From positions 1-53,071 of the forward strand of contig JACREH010000116.1 in NCBI GenBank assembly GCA_016218345.1: DNA of 53,071 bases, given 5' to 3'. Both the position numbers and the translations under genes were made by a program. Position 1 is the stretch's first letter, and every line of letters starts with the position of its first letter. This document shows positions 34,367 through 46,898 of this stretch, piece by piece. The notes under the pieces are model-generated. The model had not been told where the DNA came from. It searched no databases and worked only from the letters and a program-made list of their open reading frames with translations. Origin of the DNA: Gammaproteobacteria bacterium. GTDB lineage: Bacteria > Pseudomonadota > Gammaproteobacteria > Acidiferrobacterales > UBA6901.

Positions 34367-36138
34367 ATGCGATCGATGCGCTGCCGCGGCGGCGGTTCGA
34401 TTGTCTGGTCATCGGCGCCGGCGGCGGCGGGCTGCGCGCCGCGCTGCAACTCGCTCAGGCCGACGTGCATGTGGCAGTGGTGTCCAAGGTGTTTCCGACG
34501 CGCTCGCACACGGTCGCCGCCCAGGGCGGCATCAACGCCGCGCTCGGCAACGTGCTGCCGGACGATTGGCATTGGCACATGTACGACACCGTCAAGGGCG
34601 GCGATTATCTGGGCGACCAGGACGCCATCGAGTACATGTGCCGTGTCGCCCCGGGACTGGTGATCGAGCTCGAACACTACGGCGTGCCGTTCACGCGCCT
34701 CGAGAACGGCCGCATCTATCAACGCATGTTCGGCGGCCAGAGCCAGAATTTCGGCGGCGCCCAGGCGGCCCGCACCTGCGCCGCCGCCGACCGCACCGGC
34801 CATGCCATCCTGCACGCCCTGTATCAACAGAATCTGCGCGCCAAAACCCATTTTTTCGACGAGTTCTTCGCGATCGATCTGCTGCGCGACGCCGCCGGCA
34901 ATGTGTTCGGGGCGCTGGTGCTGGAGATCGAGACCGGCGAACCGCTGGTGATCGAGGCCAAGACCACGCTCCTGGCGACCGGCGGCGCCGGGCGCATGTA
35001 CCGCACCACCACCAACGCCCTGATCAACACCGGCGACGGCCTGGGGATGGCGTTGCGCGCCGGCATTCCGCTGCAGGACATGGAGTTCATCCAGTTTCAC
35101 CCGACCGGCATCGCCGGGCTCGGGATTCTCATCACCGAGGGCGCGCGCGGCGAGGGCGGTTATCTGGTCAACAATGGCGGCGAGCGTTTCATGGAACGCT
35201 ATGCCCCGCAGGCGCGCGACCTGGCGAGCCGCGATGTCGTCAGCCGCGCGATCGCCGTCGAGGTGCGCGAAGGCCGCGGTTGCGGGCCGAACCGGGATCA
35301 CGTGCTGCTCAGGCTCGACCATCTGGGCGCCGAACTCATCAAAAGCCGTCTGCCCGGCATCCGCGAAAACGCCATGCGCTTCGCGCATGTCGATCCGATC
35401 GACCGGCCGATCCCGGTCTATCCGACCGCGCACTATATTATGGGCGGCATCCCCACCAACCGTTTCGGCCAGGTGGTGGTGCCGGAGCACCATGGGCCGG
35501 AGGAGCCGGTACCCGGCCTGTACGCGGTCGGCGAGTGCGCATGCGCCTCGATCCACGGCGCCAACCGCCTGGGCGGCAACTCGATACTCGATATCGTGGT
35601 GTTCGGCCGGGCCGCGGCCGATCATATCCTCGAGTACCTGGCCGACAACCCGCATGCCCGGCCGTTTCCGCCGGCTGCCGCCGAGCCGGCACTGGCGCGG
35701 CTCAGGCGCTGGGACCGGACCGGCGAGGGCGAATCGGTCGACGGTCTGGGCGAGGAATTGCGACGCGCGATGGAGGAGTATTGCGGGGTGTTTCGCACCC
35801 AGGAGGTGCTCGATCAGGGGGTCGCCAAGGTCGTGGCCCTGCGTGAACGGTTGGCGGACGCACGCCTCACGGATCACAGCCGGGTGTTCAACACCGCGCG
35901 GATCGAGGCCCTGGAACTGGAGAACCTCATGGAGATCGCGCTGGCCACGGTGGTCTCGGCTGCCGCCCGCCGCGAGAGCCGCGGCGCCCATTCGCGCGTC
36001 GATTACCCGGCGCGCGACGATATCAAGTGGCTAAAACACAGCCTTTTTTTCCGGGAAGGCCGACGGCTCGACTACAAGCCGGTGCGCATGAAACCGCTCA
36101 GCGTCGACAGCTTTCCGCCCCAGGCGCGGGTCTACTGA
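34363..36138 (+). CDS. sdhA: Succinate dehydrogenase flavoprotein
   Basis: RSHTVAAQGG, QFHPTG, HGANRLGGNS, ESRGAH. Confidence 0.97.
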   Translation: MNAIDALPRRRFDCLVIGAGGGGLRAALQLAQADVHVAVVSKVFPTRSHTVAAQGGINAALGNVLPDDWHWHMYDTVKGGDYLGDQDAIEYMCRVAPGLVIELEHYGVPFTRLENGRIYQRMFGGQSQNFGGAQAARTCAAADRTGHAILHALYQQNLRAKTHFFDEFFAIDLLRDAAGNVFGALVLEIETGEPLVIEAKTTLLATGGAGRMYRTTTNALINTGDGLGMALRAGIPLQDMEFIQFHPTGIAGLGILITEGARGEGGYLVNNGGERFMERYAPQARDLASRDVVSRAIAVEVREGRGCGPNRDHVLLRLDHLGAELIKSRLPGIRENAMRFAHVDPIDRPIPVYPTAHYIMGGIPTNRFGQVVVPEHHGPEEPVPGLYAVGECACASIHGANRLGGNSILDIVVFGRAAADHILEYLADNPHARPFPPAAAEPALARLRRWDRTGEGESVDGLGEELRRAMEEYCGVFRTQEVLDQGVAKVVALRERLADARLTDHSRVFNTARIEALELENLMEIALATVVSAAARRESRGAHSRVDYPARDDIKWLKHSLFFREGRRLDYKPVRMKPLSVDSFPPQARVY

Positions 36139-36149
36139 CGCGGACCCCC

Positions 36150-36851
36150 ATGCCGATCGCATTTTCGATTTATCGTTTCGATCCGGAATCCGGCGACCCG
36201 CCGCATATGCAGGCGGTCGAACTGGACGCCGACAGCGGCACGGTTATGGTGCTGGATGCGCTGCTGCTGCTCAAGCGCCGCGACGACAGCCTGAGCTTCC
36301 GGCGCGCCTGCCGCGAGGGGGTGTGCGGCTCGGACGCCATGAATATCAACGGCCGCAATCGCCTGGCCTGCATCACTCCGATCAAGGGGCTGACACAGCC
36401 GATCGCACTTCGGCCGTTGCCGGGTCTGCCGGTGATCCGCGATTTGATTGTGGACCAGAGCCAGTTTTTCACCCAATACCGGGCGGTTAAACCCTGGCTG
36501 ATCAATCACGATCCGGTACCGGAGATCGAACGCTTGCAGGCGCCCGCGGATCGCGCCGCGCTGGACGGCCTGTACGAGTGCATACTTTGCGCTTGTTGTA
36601 CAACGGCTTGCCCGTCGTTCTGGTGGAATCCCGATAAGTTTCTGGGGCCGGCGGCGCTGCTGCAGGCCTGGCGGTTCCTGGCCGACAGCCGCGACCAGGC
36701 GAGCGGCGAGCGCCTGGACGGTCTGGAGGATCCCTACAAACTGTTTCGCTGCCACACCATCATGAACTGTGTCGATGTCTGCCCGAAGGGGCTCAACCCA
36801 ACCGCCGCCATCGGCCGGATCCGTCAATTGCTCGTCAAGCGCATCCTGTGA
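36150..36851 (+). CDS. sdhB: Succinate dehydrogenase Fe-S subunit
   Basis: CREGVCGSD, CILCACCTTACP, CHTIMNC...CP. Confidence 0.97.
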   Translation: MPIAFSIYRFDPESGDPPHMQAVELDADSGTVMVLDALLLLKRRDDSLSFRRACREGVCGSDAMNINGRNRLACITPIKGLTQPIALRPLPGLPVIRDLIVDQSQFFTQYRAVKPWLINHDPVPEIERLQAPADRAALDGLYECILCACCTTACPSFWWNPDKFLGPAALLQAWRFLADSRDQASGERLDGLEDPYKLFRCHTIMNCVDVCPKGLNPTAAIGRIRQLLVKRIL

Positions 36852-37084
36852 CTGCTCACGGGGAGTTGCCACGTGTGCGCTGGAGGTGCCGGCGGGGGCT
36901 GTTGGAACTCGATCTGGCGCTGCGGGCCTTTCTGGACCGGGGGTACACGACGCTCACCCGGCCCGAGCAGGCCGCGTTTCAGCGGCTTTTGGAAGCGCCC
37001 GATACGCAGTTGCAGGCCTGGCTGCTGGGGCAGGAGGAATGTCCGGATCATGAATTCAGGGAACTTATCAAAAAGATTCGATAG
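36848..37084 (+). CDS. sdhE: Flavinylation factor SdhE
   Basis: RWRCRRGLLELD motif. Confidence 0.93.
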   Translation: MTAHGELPRVRWRCRRGLLELDLALRAFLDRGYTTLTRPEQAAFQRLLEAPDTQLQAWLLGQEECPDHEFRELIKKIR

Positions 37085-37514
37085 TCCGTTAATAATAAAC
37101 ATAAAAGTTTCCAAGCTGCTCGGCGGGGCGCTGACCGCCGTGCACCTGGGAGCGGCGGTGCTGACGGTGCTGCTACCGGTTCCGGTCTGGTGGCAGGTGC
37201 TGCTGGCCGGCGGCATCGCGGCGAGCGCGGCCCATGTACTGCGGCGGCATGCCTGGCGACGCGCCCGCGGGGCGGCGATCGCGCTCGAGATCGACAGCGG
37301 CGGCGACTATGCCGTGCGGCGGGTTGCGGGCGATTGGCTGCCGTGCCGGTATGTCGAGAGCTTCGTGTCGCCGTGGCTGGTGATCGTGCGACTCGTCCCC
37401 GAGGGCCGGCGCCGGCCGGTCAGCGTGCTGGTGGCGGCGGACGCCGTGGCGACGGAGGAGTTTCGCGAACTGCGCGCGCGCCTGTACTTTCAAACCCCGA
37501 CAACGGCGCCTTAA
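37050..37514 (+). CDS. YgfX-like membrane protein (start uncertain)
   Basis: Two TM helices and C-terminal D......FR.LR.RL; follows sdhE as in the sdhE-ygfX pair. Confidence 0.7.
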   Translation: MNSGNLSKRFDSPLIINIKVSKLLGGALTAVHLGAAVLTVLLPVPVWWQVLLAGGIAASAAHVLRRHAWRRARGAAIALEIDSGGDYAVRRVAGDWLPCRYVESFVSPWLVIVRLVPEGRRRPVSVLVAADAVATEEFRELRARLYFQTPTTAP

Positions 37515-39139
37515 ATTGCGGGCGGGTAATTTTCCGGAACCAGGACGGTGTCGTGGGGCGGGTGGCGGGTATCCGGCGCCGGGTAGTCGCGCGAGAAATG
37601 CAGGCCGCGGCTTTCCTTGCGCGCCAGCGCCGAGCGGATAATGAGTTCGGCCACCAGCGCCAGGTTGCGCAGCTCGACCAGGTCGTTGGTGACCCGGAAA
37701 TTGCTGTAATACTCCCGGATTTCGTCCTGCAATAATTCCACCCGATGGCGGGCGCGTTCCAGGCGCTTGGTGGTGCGTACGATGCCGACATAGTCCCACA
37801 TGAAGCGGCGCAGCTCACCCCAGTTGTGCGATACCACCACCATTTCATCGGCGTCCGACACCCGGCTTTCGTCCCAAGCCGGGAGGGCCGCGTCCGGGCC
37901 GGGCACGGCGGCGAGTTGCGCGCCGATCGCCAAGGCGCAGGCCTCGGCGAATACCAGGCATTCCAGCAACGAGTTGCTGGCCAGGCGATTGGCGCCGTGC
38001 AGGCCGGTGAAGGCGCATTCGCCGAGCGCGTACAGGCCGTCGATATCGGTGCGGCCGTTGTGGTCGGTCATCACCCCGCCGCAGGTATAGTGGGCGGCCG
38101 GCACCACCGGGATCGGCTGACGGGTGATGTCATAACCGAAGCTCAGGCAGCGCTTATATATGGTGGGGAAGTGCGCCACGATGAACTCGGCCGGTTTGTG
38201 GCTGATATCGAGATACACGCAATCGATGCCGCGGCGCTTCATTTCATAGTCGATAGCGCGCGCCACCACGTCGCGCGGCGCCAGTTCGGCGCGCGCGTCA
38301 TGCGCCTTCATGAACGGCGTGCCGTCCGGCAACAACAGCCGCCCGCCCTCGCCGCGCACCGCTTCGGTGATCAGGAACGACTTGGCCTGGGGATGATACA
38401 GGCAGGTCGGATGGAACTGCACGAACTCCATGTTGGCCGCGCGGCAGCCGGCCCGCCAGGCCATGGCGATGCCGTCGCCGGTCGAGGTGTCGGGATTGCT
38501 GGTGTAGAGATAGACCTTGGAGGCCCCGCCGGTGGCGAGCACGATGTGCTTGGCCGCGAACATCCGCACCCGGCCGGCGGTCTTGTCCAGCGCATACGCT
38601 CCGAGACAGCGGTTCGGTTCGCGCTGGCCGAGCTTGTGACGGGTGATGAGATCGATGGCGATGTGGTGTTCGAACAGCGCGATCCCCGGGTGCCGGCGGG
38701 CGCGGTCTTCGAGCGTGGTTTCGATCGCCTGGCCGGTGGCATCGGCGGCGTGGATCACGCGTCGCCGGCTGTGGCCACCCTCGCGCGTCAGATGATAGGC
38801 GGGCTCGTGGTTGTCTTCGTGAGTGAACGCCACGCCCTGATCGATCAACCAGCGTATCGCCGCCGGCCCGTGCCGGACCACGTAGTCGACGGTGTCGGGG
38901 TGGCACAGACCGGCGCCGGCCTCGAGGGTGTCGCGCACGTGCGCCTCGAACGAGTCGGCGGCGTCGAGCACCGCCGCCACGCCGCCCTGGGCGTAGAGGC
39001 TCGCACCCTGCGACAACTCCGCTTTGGCCAGCACCGCCACGCGCGCCCGGTCGGCCAGGCGTAATGCCAGGCTCAGGCCGGCGGCGCCGCTGCCGATGAC
39101 CAGGACATCAAAATGCCGATCGGGGGTCGGGGGCGGCAT
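37511..39139 (-). CDS. nadB: L-aspartate oxidase
   Basis: [31 protein letters not shown]; divergent from rpoE. Confidence 0.97.
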   Translation of the reverse strand: MPPPTPDRHFDVLVIGSGAAGLSLALRLADRARVAVLAKAELSQGASLYAQGGVAAVLDAADSFEAHVRDTLEAGAGLCHPDTVDYVVRHGPAAIRWLIDQGVAFTHEDNHEPAYHLTREGGHSRRRVIHAADATGQAIETTLEDRARRHPGIALFEHHIAIDLITRHKLGQREPNRCLGAYALDKTAGRVRMFAAKHIVLATGGASKVYLYTSNPDTSTGDGIAMAWRAGCRAANMEFVQFHPTCLYHPQAKSFLITEAVRGEGGRLLLPDGTPFMKAHDARAELAPRDVVARAIDYEMKRRGIDCVYLDISHKPAEFIVAHFPTIYKRCLSFGYDITRQPIPVVPAAHYTCGGVMTDHNGRTDIDGLYALGECAFTGLHGANRLASNSLLECLVFAEACALAIGAQLAAVPGPDAALPAWDESRVSDADEMVVVSHNWGELRRFMWDYVGIVRTTKRLERARHRVELLQDEIREYYSNFRVTNDLVELRNLALVAELIIRSALARKESRGLHFSRDYPAPDTRHPPHDTVLVPENYPPAI

Positions 39140-39286
39140 AGTCGGGCAAGGGCGGCGATTTTACGCTATTATTCAAGGCTATTCGCGTCATGTAACGAGC
39201 TTTTCCGGCGGTCTCGAGGGGTCCTCGCGCGGGAGGGTGTTCACCGGCCGTTCGGCCAACTATACCCACGATTGGCGCGGCAAGGC

Positions 39287-39313
39287 GAACTTATTTTTCC
39301 AGGTACGGTCTAC
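39287..39313 (+). promoter_or_regulatory. SigmaE/AlgU-type autoregulatory promoter of rpoE
   Basis: GAACTT-N16-TCTAC, about 50 bp before the rpoE ATG. Confidence 0.75.
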
Positions 39314-39360
39314 GCAGATGACGCACTGCGTAACCGACAGGAGCGAGGGAAGTTTCCCAA

Positions 39361-39942
39361 ATGGTCGAGCGCAGTGTCGATCAAGAATTGGTAGTGCGGG
39401 TCCAGCGCGGCGACAAGGCCGCCTTCGATCTGCTGGTGCGCAAGTATCAGCACAAGATCGCCAAGCTGGTGTCGCGCTACGTGCGCGACCGTGCCGAGGT
39501 CGAGGACGTCACCCAGGAGGCGTTCATCAAGGCCTATCGCGCGCTGCGCGGATTTCGGGGCGATAGCGCGTTTTATACCTGGCTGTACCGCATCGCCATC
39601 AACACCGCCAAGAATTATCTGGTCGCGCAAGGACGGCGACCGCTGAGCGCGGACGTCGAGCCGGAAGAGGCCGAGGCCATGGCCAGTGAGCATGGCAACG
39701 TCAGCGATCTGTTGACGCCGGAACGCAGCATGCTGACCGACGAGATCGCGCGCACCGTGGAGCGGGCAATTGCGGCGCTACCGCAGGATTTGCGCACCGC
39801 CATCACGCTGCGCGAGATCGACGGAATGAGTTACGACGACATTGCGGTCGCCATGGATTGCCCGATCGGCACGGTGCGCTCGCGCATCTTCCGGGCGCGC
39901 GAGGCGATCGACAACGAATTGCGGCCGCTGTTGAGTGCTTGA
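39361..39942 (+). CDS. rpoE: ECF sigma factor RpoE/AlgU
   Basis: DQELV.RVQ.GD, FYTWLYRIAINT, CPIGTVRSRIFRAR. Confidence 0.97.
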   Translation: MVERSVDQELVVRVQRGDKAAFDLLVRKYQHKIAKLVSRYVRDRAEVEDVTQEAFIKAYRALRGFRGDSAFYTWLYRIAINTAKNYLVAQGRRPLSADVEPEEAEAMASEHGNVSDLLTPERSMLTDEIARTVERAIAALPQDLRTAITLREIDGMSYDDIAVAMDCPIGTVRSRIFRAREAIDNELRPLLSA

Positions 39943-40000
39943 ACGTGGACAAACCGGGCAGTTTAGCGCAGGATTATCGGGATAATCGGGTGGACAGACC

Positions 40001-40531
40001 ATGAACGAAAAGATATCGGCATTGTTGGACGACGAACTGAGCGCGCGCGACCGCGATCGGCTGCTGCAGGAGGTGGGTAACGACCCCATGTTGCGCGTCG
40101 CCTGGGAGCGCTACCATCTGATCCGCGCGGCGCTCCATAAGGATATCGGCCTGGTGATGAATTCCGATCTGGCTGCGCGCATCCTCAGCCGCATCGAGCA
40201 TGACCCGGCGCCGTCGGTCCTGCCGTTCGGCCGTCCGTCGATGCGGCACTTCACCCGGTTGACCGCCGGACTGGCGATCGCCGCCTCGGTCGCGGTCGTC
40301 GCGGTCGTCAGTTTCAAGACCACGCTCCTGCCGGACACCAATTCCGTTTCTCCGGTCGCCACCGCGCCCGCCGCCAACCCGCCGCCCGCACCGCAAACCC
40401 AGGTCGCCCAGACATCGCCGGACAACTCGCTCAATGCCTTGCTGGTCAAGCACAATGAATTCAGCCGGGCGACGAACATGAGCGGCATGATTTCGTATGT
40501 GCGCGTCGTCAGTCAGAACGGCGATCAGTAA
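40001..40531 (+). CDS. rseA: Anti-sigma factor RseA/MucA
   Basis: EKISALLDDEL, W.RYHLIR, AIAASV TM helix. Confidence 0.92.
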   Translation: MNEKISALLDDELSARDRDRLLQEVGNDPMLRVAWERYHLIRAALHKDIGLVMNSDLAARILSRIEHDPAPSVLPFGRPSMRHFTRLTAGLAIAASVAVVAVVSFKTTLLPDTNSVSPVATAPAANPPPAPQTQVAQTSPDNSLNALLVKHNEFSRATNMSGMISYVRVVSQNGDQ

Positions 40532-40549
40532 GCGTTTCTCCCCCTGCGA

Positions 40550-41554
40550 ATGACCTCAAGCCGGTTGTCCAAGCTTTCCCTCCCGCTCGTCCTGATCCTG
40601 CTCAGTCCCGCGGTATTGGCCGCGGACACGGCGCACGACTGGCTGGTAAAAATGAATCGCGCCGCCGGTACGCTCAATTACGACGGCGTGTTCGTCTACC
40701 AGCACGCCGATCAACTGCAGAGCATGCGCATCATCCACCGTGCCGACGGTAATTCGCGCCGCGAGCGGCTGGTGGCGCTGAGCGGCGTGGGACGAGAAGT
40801 GATCCGCACCGACAGCGAGGTGCGCTGTTATCTGCCGGACGAAAACGCCGTGCTGGTCGAACATCGCAAGGCCGACGCCAAGGGGTTTCCCAACCTGGCG
40901 CCGCGCTCGCCCGGCGAGCTCGACGAGAATTACGACATTCGCCTCGGCAAAACCGGGCGGGTGGCCAACCGCAAGGTGCAATCGGTGGCCATTCGTCCCA
41001 AGGACGCCTATCGTTACGGCTATCACCTGTGGGCCGATATCGACACCGGGCTGTTGCTCAAGGCCTACCTGATCGACCATCAGGGATCGATTCTCGAACA
41101 ATTCATGTTCACGCAAGTAACCATCGGCGGCAAGATTCCCGACTCCGACCTGGAACCGCAGAACAAGGGCAGCGGTTACGTCTGGTATCGCGAGCCGGCG
41201 CCGGCCGACACGCCCGCGCAGGGCGCGGCCGCCTGGACGGTGACGCAGTTGCCGAAGGGCTTCAGTCTTTCCACGCACATGCTGCGCACGCTGGCGAATC
41301 GCCAACTCCCGGTCGAGCAGATGGTCTATTCCGACGGCCTGGCGGTGATATCGGTGTTCGTCGAGCGGCTTGACGCCGGCGGCTCCGGCCGCGCCAAGGG
41401 GGTCAGCGGGCTTATCGCGAAAGGCGCGGTGAATGCCTACGGCAGCCGCGTCGGCACGCATCAGGTGACGGTGGTGGGCGAGGTGCCGGTGACGACCATT
41501 CGCCTGATCGGCGGCTCGGTTGTTCCGTCACGCGCGGTTCCCGGCGACAAATAA
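40550..41554 (+). CDS. rseB: RseB/MucB periplasmic regulator
   Basis: LNYDG.F, D.YRYGY.LW, YSDGL..SVF, VGEVP. Confidence 0.93.
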   Translation: MTSSRLSKLSLPLVLILLSPAVLAADTAHDWLVKMNRAAGTLNYDGVFVYQHADQLQSMRIIHRADGNSRRERLVALSGVGREVIRTDSEVRCYLPDENAVLVEHRKADAKGFPNLAPRSPGELDENYDIRLGKTGRVANRKVQSVAIRPKDAYRYGYHLWADIDTGLLLKAYLIDHQGSILEQFMFTQVTIGGKIPDSDLEPQNKGSGYVWYREPAPADTPAQGAAAWTVTQLPKGFSLSTHMLRTLANRQLPVEQMVYSDGLAVISVFVERLDAGGSGRAKGVSGLIAKGAVNAYGSRVGTHQVTVVGEVPVTTIRLIGGSVVPSRAVPGDK

Positions 41555-41587
41555 TTTAGTGATTCCATTCATTTGCGAGGATGTTCG

Positions 41588-43006
41588 ATGAACTTGACGT
41601 ATAAGACCGCCGTCGCGGTAGGCCTGTGGTGGTTCGCGCTCGTGAGTCAGGCGGCCGTGCCGGCCGGCGGCTTGCCGGATTTCGCCGCACTGGTCGACTC
41701 CAACGGACCGGCGGTGGTGAATATCAGCACCACCCAGAGCATAAAGCGCAGCGGATTTCCGGGCCTCGACGCCCCCGATGCCCCCGATGCGCCCGGCGGC
41801 AAGGGCTTTGACGAATTGCTGCGGCGCTATTTCGGCGAGGAAGGCGCACCGCAATATTTCGACAGCAAGTCGCTCGGTTCCGGTTTTATCATCTCGGCCG
41901 ACGGCTACATCCTGACCTGCGCGCACGTGGTCGAAAACGCCAAGGAGATCATCGTCAAACTCACCGACCGGCGCGAGTTCGTCGCCAAGCTGATCGGCTC
42001 CGACCGGCGCAGCGACGTGGCGGTGCTGAAGATCGACGCCAAGGCGCTGCCGACGGTGGCGATCGGCGATCCGGACAGGCTCAAGGTCGGCGATTGGGTG
42101 TTGGCGATCGGCTCGCCGTTCGGCTTCGAAAGTTCCGCCACCGCCGGCATCGTTTCGGCCAAGGGCCGCAGCCTGCCGCGCGAAAATTATGTGCCGTTCA
42201 TCCAGACCGACGTCGCCATCAACCCCGGCAATTCCGGCGGCCCGCTGTTCAACCTCAAGGGCGAAGTGGTTGGTATCAACTCACAGATCTACAGCCGCAC
42301 CGGCGGGTTCATGGGGCTGTCGTTCGCGGTGCCGATCAACATGGCCATGCAGATCGGCAAACAGCTGCAGGACGGCGGGCGCGTCAAGCGCGGCTGGCTG
42401 GGCGTGCTGATTCAGGACGTCACCCGCGAGCTGGCCGAATCGTTCGACATGAAGAAGCCGCATGGCGCGCTGATTTCCGACGTACTGGCGGACGGTCCGG
42501 CCGCCAAGACCGGCCTCAAGGCCGGCGACGTGGTAATCGAGTTCGCCGGCCAGCGCATCGACGCGTCGGCCGATCTGCCGCCGCTCGTGGGTCAAACCGC
42601 GCCCGGCACCCCGGCCAAGCTCGTGCTCCTGCGCGGCGGACAGCCGAAGAGTTTCACCGTCACCATCGAACAGCTGCCGGAGGAAAACGTCGCCGGGCGA
42701 ACGCGCGAGCCGGCCGGCGGCGAGAAGAAGGGCCAGCTCGGACTGGCGCTCAGCGATCTCGGCCCCCAGCAGCGCAAGCAGCACGGCGTGGAAGAGGGCG
42801 TGCTGGTCGAGCGCGTCGGTGAGGGTCCGGCGCAGCGCGCCGGCATCCGCCCGGGCGATGTGATTCAGCAGGTCGACGGCAAGCCGGTAAAGAATGTCGC
42901 CGGTTTCCGGCAATTGATCGCCGCCGCGCCCAAGGACCGCTCGATACCGGTGTTGGTGCGACGCGGCAGCGGCGCGCTGTTTCTGGCGTTAAAGATCGCG
43001 GATTGA
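41588..43006 (+). CDS. DegP/MucD-family serine protease with two PDZ domains
   Basis: LPDF, GSGFIIS, AHVV, INPGNSGGPL, RGWLGV. Confidence 0.95.
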   Translation: MNLTYKTAVAVGLWWFALVSQAAVPAGGLPDFAALVDSNGPAVVNISTTQSIKRSGFPGLDAPDAPDAPGGKGFDELLRRYFGEEGAPQYFDSKSLGSGFIISADGYILTCAHVVENAKEIIVKLTDRREFVAKLIGSDRRSDVAVLKIDAKALPTVAIGDPDRLKVGDWVLAIGSPFGFESSATAGIVSAKGRSLPRENYVPFIQTDVAINPGNSGGPLFNLKGEVVGINSQIYSRTGGFMGLSFAVPINMAMQIGKQLQDGGRVKRGWLGVLIQDVTRELAESFDMKKPHGALISDVLADGPAAKTGLKAGDVVIEFAGQRIDASADLPPLVGQTAPGTPAKLVLLRGGQPKSFTVTIEQLPEENVAGRTREPAGGEKKGQLGLALSDLGPQQRKQHGVEEGVLVERVGEGPAQRAGIRPGDVIQQVDGKPVKNVAGFRQLIAAAPKDRSIPVLVRRGSGALFLALKIAD

Positions 43007-43122
43007 TGGCGCTCGATCGCTCGCGCATTTAAGTCGGCACCGAAACCCGGTATGATGGAGGCGTGGCTATCGATGGAAGTGGCGTAGTTCATCATATGTG
43101 TGCCGTGTATTGTCCAGATTCC

Positions 43123-43151
43123 GCAAAAGGGCGCCGTCGGCGCCCTTTTGC
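43123..43151. terminator. Strong hairpin upstream of lepA (terminator- or attenuator-like)
   Basis: Perfect 13-bp stem GCAAAAGGGCGCC-gtc-GGCGCCCTTTTGC. Confidence 0.55.
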
Positions 43152-43181
43152 TATTGCGTGCTCGACCGCACGGAGACCGGC

Positions 43182-44990
<1,809 letters not shown>

Positions 44991-44993
44991 ACC

Positions 44994-45812
44994 ATGGATT
45001 TCGCACTGATCATGTTGTTGGCGCTGGGCGTGACCGGATTCGTCTGGGGGCTGGACCGGGCCTGGTGGGCGCCGGCGCGCGCGCGCCGGGCGGCGAAACT
45101 CCAGGCGGCCGGTGAGTCCCCAGCGGCCGTTCAACAGGCCGCGGCCGAGCCGGTATGGGTGGAATACGCGCGCGCTTTTTTCCCGGTTATTCTGGTGGTG
45201 TTTCTGCTGCGCTCGTTCCTGGTCGAGCCGTTCCGGATTCCGTCGGGCTCGATGCTGCCGAGCCTGCTGATCGGCGATTTCATCCTGGTCAACAAATACG
45301 CCTACGGCGTCCGCATCCCGGTGTTGAACAAAAAGATCGTCGAGGTCGGCAGCCCGCGACGCGGCGATGTCATGGTGTTCCGTTACCCCGGCGACCCGTC
45401 GGTCAATTACATCAAGCGCGTGGCCGGCCTGCCCGGCGATCACATCGTCTATAATGACAAGAAGTTGTACATCAATGGAAAGGCGATGGATCAGGCCGAG
45501 AACGGCGACTATTCCTACAGCGAATCCGGCGAGCGCCACGTCAGCGCCCGGCAATTGAAGGAAAGCCTGGACGGCGTCGACCATCGGATTCTGCTGATCG
45601 ACAATTCACCGCGCATGTTCCTGGAGTACACTGTGCCCGCCGGCCAGTATTTCGTGGTCGGCGACAACCGCGATCGCAGCAACGACAGCCGGTTCTGGGG
45701 GTCGGTGCCGGAAACAAACGTGGTCGGCAAGGCATTTATGATCTGGTTCAGTTGGGACGCCGTCAACGGCGGCGGCATCGTCTGGAATCGGATCGGAAGT
45801 TTTATTGAATAA
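44994..45812 (+). CDS. lepB: Signal peptidase I
   Basis: IPSGSM, YIKR, GDNRDRSNDSR. Confidence 0.97.
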   Translation: MDFALIMLLALGVTGFVWGLDRAWWAPARARRAAKLQAAGESPAAVQQAAAEPVWVEYARAFFPVILVVFLLRSFLVEPFRIPSGSMLPSLLIGDFILVNKYAYGVRIPVLNKKIVEVGSPRRGDVMVFRYPGDPSVNYIKRVAGLPGDHIVYNDKKLYINGKAMDQAENGDYSYSESGERHVSARQLKESLDGVDHRILLIDNSPRMFLEYTVPAGQYFVVGDNRDRSNDSRFWGSVPETNVVGKAFMIWFSWDAVNGGGIVWNRIGSFIE

Positions 45813-45838
45813 CCTGGATTATTGACGGAGGTCGTTCG

Positions 45839-46219
45839 ATGCATACGCTGGCTGCGCAACGCGGAATGACGTTCTGGGGCGTGCTCATGATCATGGCCCT
45901 GATCGGGTTCTTTACCCTGCTCACGCTCAAGCTGGCGCCTCCGTACATGGAGCACGGCAAGATCCTTACCGCGCTTAAGGCCATCGAAAAACAACCGCCG
46001 TCCGGATCGTTCTCGAAGGACGAGGTGAGAAGGGCGCTGGATCGGCGCTTTACCATCGACGATGTCAGACGCGTCGACCTGCGAAAGGATCTGTATTTCG
46101 AGAAGAAGCCCGGCGGCATGGTGGCCGTGCGCATCGCCTACGAGGTGCGGGTGCCGATGGCCTATAACATCACCGCCCTGATCGAATTCGACGAAAGCGT
46201 GGAGATCAAGGGCAATTGA
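45839..46219 (+). CDS. DUF4845 protein
   Basis: Pilin-like QRGMT N-terminus; conserved position between lepB and rnc. Confidence 0.85.
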   Translation: MHTLAAQRGMTFWGVLMIMALIGFFTLLTLKLAPPYMEHGKILTALKAIEKQPPSGSFSKDEVRRALDRRFTIDDVRRVDLRKDLYFEKKPGGMVAVRIAYEVRVPMAYNITALIEFDESVEIKGN

Positions 46220-46893
46220 GCGCGGCGCTGACCGATCTCGGCCGCCGGCTGAATTATGCGTTCCACGATCCGGCGCTGCTCAGACGCGCCGTTACCCACC
46301 GCAGCAAGGGCGCCGACAACAACGAGCGCCTGGAATTTCTCGGCGACAGCGTGCTCAATTTCATCGTCGCCGCCGAACTCTACGAACGTTTCCCCCGTCT
46401 GACCGAAGGCGAGTTGACCCGGCTGCGCGCCCGTCTGGTCAAACAGGAAACCCTGGCGCGCCTGGCGCGTGCCGTGCATCTGGGCGAGTGCCTGGAGTTG
46501 GGCGGAGGCGAATTCAAGAGTGGCGGACACGATCGCGATTCGATCCTGGCGGACGCCCTGGAGGCGGTGTTCGGCGCGATCCTCAAGGACGGCGGGAACG
46601 ACGCCGCACGGCACGTCATTCTGACCCTGTACCAGCCGTTGTTGGCTGCGGTCGACGCCGGCGCGATCGACAAGGACCCCAAGACCCAGTTGCAGGAGTT
46701 TCTGCAAAAGCGCCTGGCCGTCACCCCGGTGTACCACGTGCTCGAGGTGACCGGCGAGGCCCACCACCAGAGCTTTCTGGTCGAATGCCAGGTGCCCGGC
46801 CTGGACGTACCGGTTCAGGGGCGCGGCGCCAGCCGCCGCGCCGCCGAACAGGCGGCCGCCGCCAAGGCCCTGGAGCGGCTGGTGACCGGCTAA
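46216..46893 (+). CDS. rnc: Ribonuclease III
   Basis: NERLEFLGD; dsRBD DPKTQLQE...AEQAAA. Confidence 0.97.
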   Translation: MSAALTDLGRRLNYAFHDPALLRRAVTHRSKGADNNERLEFLGDSVLNFIVAAELYERFPRLTEGELTRLRARLVKQETLARLARAVHLGECLELGGGEFKSGGHDRDSILADALEAVFGAILKDGGNDAARHVILTLYQPLLAAVDAGAIDKDPKTQLQEFLQKRLAVTPVYHVLEVTGEAHHQSFLVECQVPGLDVPVQGRGASRRAAEQAAAAKALERLVTG

Positions 46894-46898
46894 CCCGC

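Noticed and set aside
37060-37090. GGAACTT sigmaE-like -35 in the AT-rich sdhE/ygfX overlap
   Set aside because: No convincing -10 element at the correct 16-bp spacing.
41554-41588. Absence of rseC/mucC between rseB and degP
   Set aside because: rseC is frequently missing from this operon; not notable.
41768-41794. 9-bp tandem repeat (DAPDAPDAP) in degP
   Set aside because: In-frame low-complexity linker in a region that is variable in HtrA proteases.
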